Source: Macrostomum lignano (taxonomy: Eukaryota). From it: 64,000 bases of DNA. The notes under the pieces are model-generated. The model did no database searches. It was not told the DNA's origin and saw only the letters and a program-made list of their open reading frames with translations. Where the stretch lies: NCBI GenBank assembly GCA_002269645.1, contig NIVC01004015.1, forward strand, positions 1 to 64,000, written 5' to 3'. Below, one piece after another: positions 63,094 to 64,000 of the stretch; position 1 is the first letter of the stretch, and every line of letters starts with the position of its first letter. A program made the translations under genes and the position numbers.

Positions 63094-64000
63094 CCTTTAG
63101 GATAATGCAATCGTCTATGGTTAAACCATGAGCACATTTATTTTTTTTTTCACTTAAACTTCAGGATAATGATTTCAAACTCGGATAATGGACGCCTATT
63201 TTTAGAACAAAACAGCAAACACCAACAACAAAATATTAGCGCTATGGAAAGTTAATTGTGCAGTATCAATATGGCGCAATTGTCATAGTGCCGAAGACCA
63301 TTACAGATTGCAATTGTTGAAAGTACAGTTGTTCATAATAAAGATATTCCGACCGTTCATCTGACGACCATCAGACACGCTCACTGCTTCTTGCACGATG
63401 GAACTTTGGATGCTGATGTCAGCAGGCATTGTTACTTGACCGTGGGTCGCGGCGCTTTGTCCCATGTTCAACGCACGCGACACTGCATAGCTGCATTGTT
63501 GCAGGGACTTGTCCCGTTTAACTGCCAGTAGCGCCGGACCGTGCTCTCGGACTTTTGACCCGTGATAGCCATGATCTCGCTCATCGAATGCCCAGCCGAT
63601 TCCAGGTCTCAAGAAAGTGCAAGAAGTTCAAAAAGTCTTCGTTATCCTTCATGTCCTTCTGAGATGGAAAGTCTTGAGATCCAATTGAGTTCGCTGCTAG
63701 ATACGTTGGCTAAACTTTCGACAGGCAGATTGCCCCAGTTGATCGGATATGACGTCTGGTTCTCCATGGCCAAGCGAATGTAGCTATTTAAGTTTTATTC
63801 TCTCTTTCTCTCCACATCTCCTTCCTTTCCACCCTCTTAACCCCAGCCTGTTTGCAACTTCTTTGTCTATGGCCCAAACTCCAGTAAACCACCTCAGTCT
63901 TTATGTCTCTCTCTCCTCGGTAACCCTCTCTCCTTTCGATGCCCTTTTTGTCTATGGCCCACGAAATTCGACAATGCCCTTTAGGATAATGTCTATGGCC
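63094..64000 (-). mobile_element. Internally deleted Crypton element (N-terminus fused to catalytic C-terminal tail); may continue past the window
   Basis: From ATG 63767: MENQTSYPINWGNLPVESLANVSSSELN (paralogous to MSDPIIHYINWGNLPCEDLGNITQDELN at 62730). Then, via frameshifts, AGHSMSEIMAITGQKSESTVRRY (Tyr 63528-63530; Crypton consensus IM..TGH.S..S...Y) and the tail NNCTFNNCNL* at 63301. Confidence 0.78.

Overview
Eukaryotic animal genomic DNA, probably a free-living flatworm such as Macrostomum. This is an inference from the short GT-AG introns, abundant minisatellites, srw-like GPCRs and the RTE-type LINE remnant. There are no rRNA genes, CRISPR arrays or prokaryotic features. Main content: (1) a complete 24-exon polycystin-1-like gene on the minus strand (10300-27476, about 3,480 aa; signal peptide, WSC, PKD repeats, REJ, GAIN/GPS, PLAT, TRPP channel domain, coiled coil), with splice phases checked by hand at every junction but one; (2) a degraded tandem paralog upstream of it (about 34250-38068); (3) a CCDC86/Cgr1 ORF with no in-frame ATG ahead of its conserved domain; (4) an uncharacterised 492-aa four-repeat protein; (5) a single-exon LRR-TM protein; (6) two srw-like GPCR paralogs and two melatonin-receptor-like GPCR tandem duplicates; (7) many non-autonomous DNA elements: hAT MITEs with 8-bp TSDs, Helitron-like elements, tiny foldbacks, and a cluster of Crypton (tyrosine recombinase) remnants at 61-64 kb with a further copy at 29 kb. 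The octamer CCATAGAC/GTCTATGG is strongly over-represented in the non-coding and mobile DNA. All coordinates were read by eye and no database searches were run.
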